Positions 1 through 14,661 of a DNA stretch of 64,000 nucleotides are shown one piece after another. This DNA is from Calcarisporiella thermophila CBS 279.70 (lineage: Eukaryota; Fungi; Calcarisporiellomycota): NCBI RefSeq assembly GCF_041956535.1, contig NW_027192191.1:131702-195701 (forward strand), written 5' to 3'. The notes under the pieces were generated by a model. The model worked only from the letters and a program-made list of their open reading frames with translations. It did not search any database and was not told where the DNA came from. The translations under genes were made by a program, and so were the position numbers. The stretch's first letter is position 1. Every line of letters starts with the position of its first letter.

Positions 1-175
1 CAGCAGCGTCAAAAATAAAGAAACCTCTTCTATTCAGAGATGAGTGAATCCCTGCGTGAATCTTACAGTATATTATTTATTATACGTTCTCAAACCGCTC
101 GATTACATAAAGCTAATTATTGATATATAAAGAACACAAAATAAAATGAAGTCATCCTATGTTCTGAACGCTTAT

Positions 176-1237
176 TCACTCATCTTTCTCCTGGGCAGCA
201 TGGGTGTGTCTTTGCTTTGGGGTTGGACGCTGCGGGCGCCTCGGCTTGGATGGCTTGTCGTGCTCCGAAGGCGATTTCTGACCTTTCACGCTCGTTTTCT
301 GCTTACCTACACAGAGTTGGGTGTCTTTTCGTTCATTGAAGTAGTGTCGTCCATGTTCAGGGTCGAGTGCAAATTCGGGGATGGTGGGGTAGCCTGGATA
401 ATTGCACACAAACAGTTCTTTGCCGGCCATGCAAGATTGGGTGGGGCCTACAATGTTGACATCGGCGCAATTCTAACAAAGTGCATGATGAAGCAGATAT
501 AAATGGCTTATATTTTAAATGCTTATCCAGCGAGGCTTACCATATAATATTCACGATTGCCTACAGCATTAACCCCTGCGTAGTCAATAGAGAAGAGAGA
601 AAGAGCGTGAGGAGAAGGTTAATAAAAAAATTCAGATTGATTTTGGGATGATTAAAGTTTGCGAGACAACATACATGTCCATGCAAGTACCGCCTTGCCC
701 CCGGGAGCAGTAGCCGGGAGCGTCATCGTGTAATCATAGTTAAGAGGGCATTTTTCCATAACTGTGTTGAAAACTACAAAAGGAGTGTCACGACCGTTCA
801 CACGATACTTTAACGCAAATTGACAATGCCCTCCGCCATGGGTTGCAGAGCCACGAAGTTTGATAGTGAAAGGCTCGCCGGCTTTAAGGGTGACCTCGGC
901 GGGACCTTCGGGGAAGCCACGACATGGGAAGGGACGCTATGATTTAAAAAGGAATAAAAAAATTTTTAGATAAATCGCCCCTCCTTTTCGCAATTAATAT
1001 ACATACCCCTTGATTGGGATCCAGCGGCGCGTCATTGTCCCAATCCACCATATCGTGATCCTGATAGTACCTGCAGAGGGAATATGCGGCGATAATATGC
1101 AGCCTTTGTCTTGGTAAAAGGTAGGCATTGAATTATTACTTGCTATACTGGCTTCTCCGGGCAGGAGGGTTGGCCATCTCCATGTGCGCTGATGCGGATG
1201 CGACCAGCAAGAAAAGGGTAATAAGTTTCGAAATCAT
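176..1237 (-). CDS. Secreted lytic polysaccharide monooxygenase, AA11 family (chitin-active), 5 exons
   Basis: Manual splice of exons 1237-1140, 1070-1007, 936-675, 575-541, 472-176 (all GT-AG, frame-consistent). Gives signal peptide MISKLITLFLLVASASA, then mature His1 (HMEMANPPARR), [41 protein letters not shown] and LFVCNYPG, the AA11 His-brace/Tyr motifs. Basic disordered C-tail. Confidence 0.9.
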
Positions 1238-2465
1238 GTATTGAAGAAAGAGAGTAATAAAACGAATGAATGAATGGGAAGGGCTCACTCAATGTCCAAG
1301 TAGGTTTGGTTAAGCTCAAGTCACTGATCAATTGTAATCAGACAAGCAAAAGATAAGGGGGTCTTTATATACCCCTCTGGATATCTCACATGATATCACG
1401 ATTATATCTTTGGTATTCTAAAGTTCGGCACCATTGTTCGTGGTGTTGGTTCAATTACTTCATCAATAGATCTTCGAGTACAGCCTTAATATATCCCCTC
1501 AGTCACTTTGTGTCCAAAAATGTAATTGAATTTCAAATTTTATTTGATAGTCCTACTTTTGGAATAAGCCAAGTGTGTATTCAATTTATAAGCGCTTTTA
1601 ATCATAGTTATTTTAATCATACATACACTTGATATATCTCAGATCTACCCGAGAGATGCGCTTTGAAATAAGCACGATGGTGTATTGTTTTGAGAGTTTC
1701 TATAATCCTTCATTCAACTTGGTCCTAAATTTCGGGACGTATCAAACTATAATCTACAAAAGATGAGGTAATCCATTTATTAGAGGAACCCATCATGTCT
1801 TATCCAGGTAAATGAATCTTCGCCAACTCAACCCCCAACAATATGATGCCCATGCCTGCTTATATCAGAATTTTTATCGGGATGATTGGGGGACTGAACA
1901 CTTCGAGATATAATATACATGAACCTAATAGGCAGGCGTTTTTTTTTTTTCGTTCCTACCTTTTATACAAATATCCCACAATTTTATACTGATTACACCT
2001 ATCTGGGAGAGGTGCAGAGCTATTATGCATTAACTATTACCGTGCAGTGACAATGTTATCATTTTTATCAAATCTATCATGATAATCTAGCTCTACTCAG
2101 ACCATACGTTTCCCCATATGGTTGTGCTGTAGACTCTACACTTTGTGTACCAAATAATCACTCTATCTTGACCAGGTAAATTTGGTTAATTTGAAACCGA
2201 CTAGTATCAAAAATTATTGTCTTGCATATTTTTTCGCTAAGATAAATGCCATAACTATTAGTTTTCTCATTATAGTTTTTTTTTATTCATTCATTATCCT
2301 TTCGCTGAAGAAATTGTTCTACATTCGTGTTAGTTTCCTTTACTTGAGCCATTCGACTAGTGAAATTGGAAAAGAATCTTTTTGTTTGCAAGCAACTCGA
2401 TTCGAATCACTATACTCTTCAAATATCATAGCATTTTATTACATACACTCCTTTTTGATCTCAAG

Positions 2466-3342
2466 GTGCAGCCTTGGGACATAGACCATGAAAATGGCTA
2501 CAGAATGCCCGAACAGTCAATTCCACGGCAGTGATATTAATATAATGTTTCTACAACACATTGTACCCGAGGATTGTTACTTCTAGCACGCAAATAGCCT
2601 CAAACAGCTGTCTTTTTTGAGTTCATTTACGTCCGCTACATGTGCCTAGGGGAGTTTACGATAGGATAGGCGGTTGTAATTGGAGAGATACGAAGAATTC
2701 TGAAGTCAGGGGGATATTTGGAGCTAGTCGAGACAGGTTTGCTGCGATAAGATGCTCAGCTGAAGTAGTCCCAATATTGGTTAAATTGTTTCTCTACAAC
2801 CGTAGACTATGCAATCCAGTGTGATGAGAAAGCGTTAAGGTAGTTCACGGGTGGAAGTCAGTGTGGCTTTATTGATTTGTTGTATTTAGTAGCTGTCATC
2901 ATACCTGCTCTGTTTCTCTTTAGTTTATAACACCTTATGAGCACGTGATATTCATCTGTCGTGGACTCGTCGAATTGGTGATTCCTTTAAGACTATCGGA
3001 ATGGAAGATATTCAATCGGTATCGGTATCATTCCCAGTGGGCAATTTATGCGGTGAAGAGGTAAAACGTAGATTAAATAATTGGATGCAGTTTCTAAATG
3101 CATTGAGGCTACATTTAACTCGAGTGATGTATATAAACGGTGAGGAATAGGATGAATCGCAACAGGAGATTTACCAAGAGCTGAGCGAGGAAGATATGCG
3201 AATTGATATGGCATGTACGTATGGAAAAAGGCCCCTTAGAGCAGAACCGGAGGTTGCGCAAGATGAGAGCATAGATACGCCCATGAGTAATCAAGATGAG
3301 CAGATAAGAGTACGAATAAATGATGCTTATACACCAAAATAG
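2466..3342 (+). pseudogene. Decayed class I SAM-dependent methyltransferase (LaeA-like/Methyltransf_23-25 type)
   Basis: Translates as CSLGT*TMKMATECPNSQFHGSDI..MFLQHIVPEDCYF*HANSLKQLS / FEFIYVRYM..*AVVIGEIRRILKSGGYLELVETD / L*ARDI..FPVG..EE*D..YGKRP, matching GCGPGTW..EMA..FP.S.F.G.D, LPF..FDF..R and RxLKPGGYxELxE. Stops at 2482, 2584, 2667, 2841, 2938 and 3148, a frameshifting deletion near 2614, and two recognisable introns. 5' part not confidently traced. Confidence 0.8.
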
Positions 3343-4265
3343 CTCTTTCACGTTAGTATATTATCAAATTAGAAGATATTTGTAAGAATGGAGCTAAGAG
3401 TAAAACAACTTGATCCTAGTCCCTCTGATGTTTGTTCATTGAACTAGTTTAGACCTTGTATCAATTACAATAGTTATATTTGTAATATTATTGCAAGTAG
3501 GTACCATTCTCGATTTGTTTCTGGCTGCTATTTTGCTCCTAGTTTTGTTTTGTCCTTATATTTGATATAATATAAATGATCAATGCAGGCAAAATTTGGG
3601 AATAACGCAAGCAACTCTACAAAAGTAGTATTTTAACTAAATTACAACTTCTCGAATGTTATAATAGAGAAAACTTTTGCACCCATGATCAATACTTCCA
3701 GTCTTTAATTTATTGCAGATGTGATATGTATCTTCCACGATCCACTCAACCTGTACGACACCTCTTTTGAATTGTACTTTTTATCATGCATTTCAATACA
3801 CTGAAAATAAATGAAATAAATCTCTACCTGAATTCTCACAGTAATTTGAGATCCCTATTATATTAATTTTGCTTTATACTTTCATAGAATATCACACATT
3901 CTACTCAATAAAAATTTTCCATATTAATCAATCGCTACCCAATAACCGGAGGTCACAATTTAAACATTGTCTATTTCTTGCTTTTATGAAGTTTATTCCA
4001 ATATTCTGGTGAAGACAAATTCTGGGGTTAGATTAATCTTTGTGTCTATTACAAAGTACACTAGCTGAAAACAAAGTTTTGTACTAGAGAAAAAGTAGAA
4101 AGTACAATAGGGGGAGGTATAAAAAGAATGTTTGAATCTAGGCATTAACATTCTATTTTTCCTCTTTTCCGCGATTTCACCTACAAATACTTGTTCCTGT
4201 ATATCCCTGCAGATCAACGAGGCGGTTATTGCCCCTAAAAAATTTAACCTTTGTAGATATTGAAA

Positions 4266-5420
4266 ATGCAATTCTCAATCTCTGATGGAGAACTTGCGAT
4301 AAATTTCGCATCAGTCGCATCTGCGATAATTATAATGCTGCTGGTCGTTTTCCTTCGCTACACGCAACCCCAAGTCACGCAAAGCATTTCCTTTAGACTT
4401 AGTTTCTGGATCGGCCTCGCTGATGCACTCTACCGAATATTTTATATTTTGAGAGTTTCGCAAGATATTAACGAAGTTGTAATTCCCGGTAACCTCTGGC
4501 TTGCCAGGTTTATTTACTGGTCATTCTACTTTTTTCCCATGTGGTTTTCGCTTCTCACGGTGTGCATCGCGTTGGATCTACAAATATCGATATTTCACAA
4601 ACGTGTTGACATAGCGAAGTTGCAAAAGTGGTACCTTTTGATGTCCACTCTAGTAGCATTTGGTCTCTCGTCTCCAATGCTTTTTTGTGTAAAATGGGAA
4701 TATGATTCAGACAAAGTAAAACGCTTTATCTTATTTGATTTACTATATGAACTAAATTTTGTTATGGTACTTATACAATAGAGAAAACTTAGTAACAATT
4801 GGTCACACGATATTCATCTAGCCATGATTGTGATCTTTAACGTAGTAGTAATCGGCTGCATCCTGTACTCTTTCACTGTTATCTTTGCTTGCGTGATCCG
4901 AGTGTATCAAATGATATTCAAGGCAAAAAGAGATAAGGCCCTTCCTATAGAGGAGGACCGTACTAGAGAGCGCTTGCTCATGTTATCTGCAGTTCGGCTG
5001 CTCGGATACCCTCTAGTGCTCATCATAACTATGCCGGCGGAATGCATACTCTCTATTGTATATTATACCCGTACTCGCGAAACTTCCTTTGGAAATTCAG
5101 CCACTCGAGCGAAAGCAGTTTTAACTGGAATGCAAGGAGTCCTTAATCTAATCATCTTTTTGTTCAACCCAGCTTTCACAAGTGCTCTTAGCAACTTTTC
5201 TATATTTAAAAATACCAAATATTTCAGGCATTGGAATCAAACCGTCACCTATACCGCCTATATCGGGGATTACACTCATACACGGCCTAATGCAGAAAAC
5301 AAACAAACGAATGGACAGAATTATTCTCATGTTCGGGAGAATAAAATCTTGCCGAATCAGCATTTACTCGGCTCCAATTCACAGCTTAATAGCTCTTTGA
5401 TGCCCACATCAAAGAGCTAG
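4266..5420 (+). CDS. 7TM G-protein-coupled receptor, cAMP-receptor/Git3-like, 2 exons
   Basis: ORFs 4260-4781 and 4824-5420 joined by an intron at about 4716-4781. Seven hydrophobic segments; SISFRLSFWIGLAD, CIALDLQ, RLLGYPLVLIIT and QGVLNLIIFLFNP resemble class E/Git3-like receptors. Confidence 0.75.
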
Positions 5421-7103
5421 TCAAAGCACAAGTCTTTATATGATATTATAAAAGCTATATAATACAATAAATAATAACATTGAAAGATATTTTATATTTA
5501 TTAAATTCTTGATGTACTAAAAACTTTTCATAATAGCTCTATAATTTGGTTTACTATGTTATACATTTTATATGAGACCTAAAATATATTTTTGCTACTT
5601 AGTAGAACCATTGTTTCCCTTTCAACATTTAATTGGGCATTCGCCTTTTTTAAATATTATTCGAATACTACAGTATACAAGTTTTGTGACAAAGCTGACA
5701 CACTATTGTTATAAATTAAAAACTAATTTTGTTATAAAAACTCTTTATTCAACAAGGAAATGGGGATGTACTCGCGCGAGATCAGTGAGACTCGTTGTTA
5801 TGCTCGCTACACTCAATCCCAGATAACGTGCAGTAACTTCTTTAAGCGATGTTCCCGAAACAGCTTTAACGATACACATTATTGATCTAAATATTAGTAT
5901 TATACAATGGAATTCTTACCACAGTTAAGTCTAATCAATTGTGGCTCTATATTGTTCTTTGGACTTTTTTCCATTAATAGAACATTTCACTAACAAATAC
6001 ACATTATTCCAACTCATTTACCCTATTTAGGCATCTAGCTCTGTCAAGGTTACAAAAGTGATGTTTCTTTTGTAGTTCTATATCTCTTGGATTCTTAACT
6101 TTACTACTAACGTCCTGTAAGACCGAATGAATTTCAAAATTGGTGGGCTACCCATAGTATTGTTTAAATATACATAGAAATTATTATCAACTGTATTGCA
6201 ATTAGTCACTACATGTCTTCCTGAAAATTTCTAACTTAACAGAACATAAGAGACATATATTATAAGCATTAGAGTGTCCAGTTTGGTTATTAGGGGGATG
6301 TGGCTTATTCTCCAGGACTGGTAGTAGAGGATGATACTATCTTGGGTATGTCCATACATGATGATATTAAGCAGATATATATATAAATGTATCTCATCTA
6401 AATAAATAAATACCCATTATATAATGCTCTTCGATAGATAGAGCAGGCAGAGAGAATTTCATTTGATGAGAATTTGTTGGATTTTTTTAATCTTTACCTA
6501 GAAGTTAAAGGTTGCAAGCAACAGACACTTATTTGTGATATGACGTACGGGTGTTTTTTAACTATTCATCAACCTTTTATTAATTGTCAATATACGTGAG
6601 TAGAAGTTTTATTATCCTTCTTCAAATTCAATGACCCTATTGTAAATATGCTATTGCAAAAATATAATGACTTCTATTACTTCTCCTTAATTTTCAACTA
6701 CTTCTTCGTGGCCCCTGTAACCTATATGATATGTTTTAAAGATTGCAAATTCAGGTTAACGAGATAATATTAACGCGAAAATATTTAATTAATGAATTTT
6801 TACACCCATATGGTTTATAGATATCAGTAATTCTCTCGTTTATCTTGCTATCTGGTAAGCAAAACATACCTTTATGGTTTTTGTTTTTTGTGCGCATCAA
6901 ACAGATCACTTAAAGTTTGCTTTTACCACATGCTACTTTTTCGTCTAAATTCGCTTCTCAGATAATGTTCCCATTCATAATTGAATCGTACCTGGCCAAT
7001 CAGGACTGGGCAGAGTAATAAATTCAAAACGATTTAAGAATCATAACAAAGCGGAACAAAGAACAGGCAAGACAATCTCCATTCTTTTCACAATTACATT
7101 AAA

Positions 7104-9054
7104 ATGAAAAAAGACGAAGATTTTTATCTTAATATCTACCAGCGCAATTCTACGTTGAATTCGGAACATTCACCACAGCTTACACCTTCTTTCATATCAT
7201 CGGGCCCTCTAAATCCTTTATCATCTGGTGTAGAAGATTCTACGCGATTCGAGTCATTACCCATTGTTGACCAGTCACCATCACCCTCATTCCTCAAACG
7301 ACGGCGACAAGTCATGGCATCTTCACCAAAAGTATGGGCCATCATCGTTGCATTAGGAATTGTATTCTTGTTTCTCTTCGGTCATCGAAAATTGACTCGT
7401 ATTGAGTTGATGAACGTTGGCCTTGAGGGTGAGGAGAGGGAGATGGGAAAGGAGAACAATATGGTTCTACAGGAAGATGAGACGGCATCTGCAGTGGAAG
7501 ATGCATGGACTGCTGCTAATAAGGATTGCGATGCGATAGATTGGAATAATTTGTAAGTAGTTTTTGCCTTTTACTTTTTGGTTGTGGTTCTAATTTACTG
7601 ATTATATATTTTGTGTTCCATTAGCATTGACAATTATAAATTGCGAGAAATTCAATCGCCACAAGCATTCCTCGCGATTGGTGGCAAGATAATGTCGCAA
7701 AAAATTGTGGAAATTGGGACTCCAGGAACGGCCTGCGTTATCGTCGCTGTAAGTCTGTTATATACGATCTCTCTATTTTCTTACTCAACCATCTTGCAAT
7801 ATTGGCTAGCTTCCAAAGATCAAAGAGACACCCGAAAATTGGCCTTATGCAAAGGTAGCGGGCATGCCTGCCGATAGCGTAATGGTTGTAGCCCGCAGTC
7901 CGCATGTCATTTATCCAATGGACACTATGCCTGTTAACGAACACGATACAATTTTCAGCGCATCTGGACTCTTCCTAGATGTTGGTGACTATACGTTTGA
8001 AATTGACATTGAATATCGCAATTATGCATGGAACGCTGAGCCCGACACCTCCCCTGTTCCGAACTATACCCCCGAACGGGTTTCGCTTCCAACGGTATTG
8101 CGTGCATCTCCTGCTATCTCCAGCCCTGACATCAAACTCCCTGAGCGTCCTATTTGCAGAGCTGGCTCTAATTTAAGTGGACGCTGGATTAAAAAGGAGC
8201 GCTATCGAGAACAATATCCGAATGATTTTTGGGGCATAGCCACCAACTGGGGAGGCCCACTCCGAAACACTGACGAGTATGGCTTCGTATTCAAGCCTGA
8301 TCGATGCACCCTTGAATATTTTACCCCTCACGGCGCTTTTGAATGCTTCAAAGGTCGCACTCTACATGTCTATGGTGATTCAAACTCTCGCAGATTCCTC
8401 AAAGCTCTTTCAAGCGGGAATACCTGGTGTGAATCGGGTGGTCTGTGTGACTGTGATGATACGCATGAGGACGACGTCGATGACACTAGAGGTTGGGCTA
8501 GAAATCCGGATATTCCTCTGAGTCTAGGAATGCAACACCAAGTTGAGGAGGCTGGCCAAGCCTACTTCCACTTTCTCGGCGGCTTATTACATCAAGTAAC
8601 CCCGTGGCCTGGTTTATTCATGACAGACCCCCCCCGGTCGCAAATTTTACCGAATGCTGATCTCGTGTTAATCGGAACGGGCAATTGGGATACCGCCTTT
8701 ACACGATTCGAGAATTACGATGGGATCTTGGGCCAGTTTTTCGCATCGGTACGGAAGAGCTATCCAGACACGCCCATTATTCTACGAATGCCGCAGCCTT
8801 TCTGCTGCACGTCAGTCCCACAACGGTACTGGACGCGTATGCGAGTGGACCAGTTTAAAGAATTAATCCTACAACGAGCTAAAGAGTTCAACGTCACCGT
8901 GTGGGATGTATCCGTGCTAGGTCGCCGAAAAGACTTGTATGACTCAACTACCTGTGATAATAGAGGCAATCATGCTCGAGCATCGATTATTCGAATGGAG
9001 AATCAGCTGCTTTTCAATACAGTATGTGGAAGTTCGCGATCCAAGTTTTTTTAG
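7104..9054 (+). CDS. Type II membrane SGNH/PC-esterase-like (NXPE/TBL-like) protein, putative glycan O-acetyltransferase/esterase, 3 exons
   Basis: N-terminal TM (VWAIIVALGIVFLFLF), Ig/filamin-like segment, C..GRW, FKPDRC, LHVYGDSNSRR (GDS nucleophile), GTGNWD and C-terminal DNRGNH. Introns at about 7553-7624 and 7749-7810. Confidence 0.7.
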
Positions 9055-9359
9055 GCGAATCGTTTTATACATAATTATTGTTATTTAATACCTTTGATAC
9101 TTTTTTTGGATTAATCTGGTTGACCTGTAAATAGCGTTGCTTGTAGTTTTTTTTTTTTTTTTTGTTTTTTTGAGAAACACATACCTTTATTATAGACAAT
9201 AAAATCGAAAATAAGGACAATGACCTATGCCACAGGGCAAGCTCTAATGAATTAAACTATATGTCGACAGGCTCGAGTTTCGGTGGATAGAGTCCAACGC
9301 TCTAATTTTATAGTTCTGTTACGAACTCGATAGGCATGCTACATATTATCCCATCTAAA

Positions 9360-9590
9360 TTATTCATGATAATAGTAGGGGTTTGGTGATTGACCCATTT
9401 CTAGCTCAGCGATGAAGTCAAAACTCAGCTTTGGGCAAACCGCCTTTTTGCTGTGCTCTTCGTAAGATTCGACGTCTAGTCTACGCTCGAACTCATGGTG
9501 GCTTTCCATATGCTGTTCACTAGGGACTCCTTGCGCCGCAAGAAAAAATGTCAGGCAAAAGAGAAGATTGGCCAACTTGCTAGGAAACAT
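9360..9590 (-). CDS. Small secreted prepropeptide (76 aa)
   Basis: Signal-like MFPSKLANLLFCLTFFLAAQG, propeptide ending FERR (Kex2-type dibasic site), TATATAA about 40 nt upstream of the ATG. No recognisable family. Confidence 0.55.
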   Translation of the reverse strand: MFPSKLANLLFCLTFFLAAQGVPSEQHMESHHEFERRLDVESYEEHSKKAVCPKLSFDFIAELEMGQSPNPYYYHE

Positions 9591-9824
9591 TGTTGTTTGC
9601 GATGGAATTCCTCATGCGGATTTCCCAACTTATATATCCAGAACTTGAACAAAATTTGATCTCTATCATTGATAAAGTTATATTTGATATGGGTAAACAC
9701 ATGAATAAAACTAAATTTTTTAAAAAGATCAAAAAAAAAAGATATATCAATTAGATGAGAGAGATATTTTTTAACTTATTTTTTCCTCTCTACTCGTATC
9801 AAGTATCAATTTTTTCACCTCCAA

Positions 9825-11637
9825 TTACATCCATCCAAATCCAGACCTCTCCCTCTCGTAGTGCCGGGCTATCATGAAGGCCATATCCAAACTCTGCTCG
9901 TAGTTCAAGCGCGGATCACAATAGGTTTGGTAGTTTGCTGACAGGTCCGCGTCAGACAACTCCATTGATCCGCCCACGCATTCGGTGACACTATCTCCGG
10001 TCAGCTCAAAGTGAACACCATTGAGTTTCGAGCCACAGTCTTTATGGATTCGGAAGGCCTTGCTTAGTTCCTGGATAATATCTTCGAAATGGCGCGTCTT
10101 CACACCTTGTGTCGAGTTTTTAGTGCTAAAAGTTTTTGTTTGAGAAACAGAGTGAGAATTCAATACCCTAATGGGCCATTAACGGTTGGATGCAAATACT
10201 CACTTTCCGTGCATAGGATCACATACCCACACCACTTTATGGCCTGAAGCTTGCACTGCTTTAATATGACCTGGTAAATACTTTTCGATCAATCCCGCAC
10301 CATAACGTGTGATCAGAGTAATTTTGCCAATCTCTTTGCGCGGATTAAGCTTATCAAGTAGCGAGGGCAGCTCTTCCGGCTCCATGCTAGGACCCACCTT
10401 GATTCCAATTGGGTTCTCAATCCCTCTAAAATATTCGACGTGGGCCCCTTCAAGCTGACGAGTGCGATCCCCAATCCAGAGGAAATGTGCGCCAGTGTTG
10501 TAATAGCGGACGTCTTCGCCACCCACTGTGGACCCGTCTTTGTGTTTATGGCTGCTGCTTTCGTCCGAGGGTGCGGGCAGTAATCTCGTTAGAGCTTGCT
10601 CATACTCAAGAAGTAGTCCTTCATGCGACATAAACATGTCTACAGTGTTAAGAGGATTGTTGGACGCATTCGCATCTGCCCCGATAGTCTTCATGAAATC
10701 AAGCGCATCAAGCAAGCGATCCACAATTGCCTGATACTCTTTGCGCAACGAAGAGGAACGAACGTGCGCCAAATTCCAGGCGGCCGGGTCGTGGAGATCG
10801 GCGAATCCAGCGTTAAGGAGTGCGCGAACATAGTTTAATGTTGCGGCCGAATGGAAATAGGCGAGCGTAAGTCGATTGGGATCAGGGTTGCGGTCGTTGG
10901 GGTCGTATCCATTGACGTTATCTCCTCTGTAGGTCTCAATTATAAATATCTGGGCTTCCACCTAAATATATGATATATGATAGGCCCATACCTAAAGGAT
11001 AGAATCTCCTTTCCTTCAAACATCTCAGTTGGCTTAGACCGAGGCTTCGCATATTGTCCAGCCATTCGGGCAATACGCACCACCGGGGTGCGCGCACCCC
11101 AGATAACCACAAGGGACATTTGCAACATGACCTTGAGTTTGTTTTCAATGGGTTCCTAGTGGATGAAAGTTTAAAAACATAAATAAAGCCATTATTCATG
11201 ACATTAGATGCTAATGGAATTAAATTGCAAACCTGTGAACAGTATTCGAAAAGCTCTGCGCAGTCACCACCTTGCAAAAGGAACGCCTTCCCAAGGGCCA
11301 CATCTCTGAGTTGTTTTCTTAACTTGTGGATCTGCGATGAGATCAGCAAAAGCATTAAATCCCTAAATTCGAAGAATTAATTCAAGCGTGAACATCAAAC
11401 CTCTCCGGGGCAAACCAATGGCGGCAAATGGTGTAGTTTTCTCAGTGCCTTTTTAAATTCATCTTGATTTTCGTAAGCAACTTCCTGCCGAATGGGTTTC
11501 GTCTGCCAAGTTGAAGGTGACCAGGCTTCTCCAGAGTTCTCATGGAGCTCAGGAACTGTCACCTTCCCATCCACGAGCGAGACCTCTCGCCTTTCCTCTG
11601 CGCTTGTCCCGATGTTTTCTAATGTATCTTTACTCAT
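9825..11637 (-). CDS. DAHP synthase, class II (3-deoxy-7-phosphoheptulonate synthase)
   Basis: WSPSTWQTKPI, AFLLQGGDCAELF, RMAGQYAKPRS, GDNVNG, SHEGLLLEYE, HFLWIGDRTRQ, CDPMHG, GVHFELTG and CDPRLNYEQSL across spliced ORFs. Confidence 0.96.
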
Positions 11638-12223
11638 AATGGTGCTGCAACACTTGAATGTTCCCGGAAGGTGCAGTAAAATAGAAGTCCGAGTCGCTAA
11701 CTAAAATTATTTTATCTTGTATCGAAAATTATACCACTATACTCATCGCATAACTCGCACTGCGCCATATCGGTTACCTAATAAAGGTAATCACAGCCTT
11801 AATAACACAACTTTGGGATGAACTCAATCACCATCCATAATATATTATAAAATAAGGCCCGTGCCAACCAAGAGGATGGATGTAAGGGCTCTTTTCACTT
11901 CCCCTCCCTATTCGCCCACCTTGCTTAAATATGGTTTTTTCCGCCTCGTCATTCACTCCTTTTCTAGCCACACTTGATGACACCCATATAGTATTTGCTT
12001 CAATAATCGTTATTCTCTCGAGAATCCGACTTTCAAAAAAAAGTCTAAAATATTCTTTCGTGAAGCCTTACGTGTTGCTGATGGGGTTATAGGCTGAGAG
12101 AATTGCAAATCTGTATGCCAAGTCTATCTGGTTCGTTTCGATAATACGAATTTTATCAAGAATAAAATCAATATCAAAATACTTAATTTTATTTGTAATC
12201 TTTTATTTTTGGGAACAAATCAA

Positions 12224-14351
<2,128 letters not shown>

Positions 14352-14661
14352 CAATCTTATGAATTTTCGAAGAGTTTAATGGGTGAGGAAATAAGAATAA
14401 GGAATGATATTCAATCTCTTAAAAGCAGAGGGGGGCTCGGCTGAAAGAGGGGGGAGTTGGATTCGGACTTCACAAAATCAAGATCTAACCTAACCTTGCT
14501 TGCTTTTGACATAACTCTCAGACCTTCGATTGTCTCGTAACTGCGATTTCGAAATATACTTTCTATTCTATTTCTTATCCTCCTTGATCATCTCTATATA
14601 CAATTTATACTATTCTTGATGAATTCTGTTGACTAATCAATAGATTCAGGCCTCACCAAAC

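Noticed and set aside
2466-3342. TAG reassignment or readthrough to explain five in-frame TAGs
   Set aside because: The TAGs fall at both Trp-type and other positions, a TGA and a frameshift are also present, and intact genes here (ASN, ELF1, MOD5) end in TAG.
5500-7000. AT-rich stretch with stop-interrupted reading frames
   Set aside because: May be decayed sequence, but I could not recognise any protein or transposon motif.
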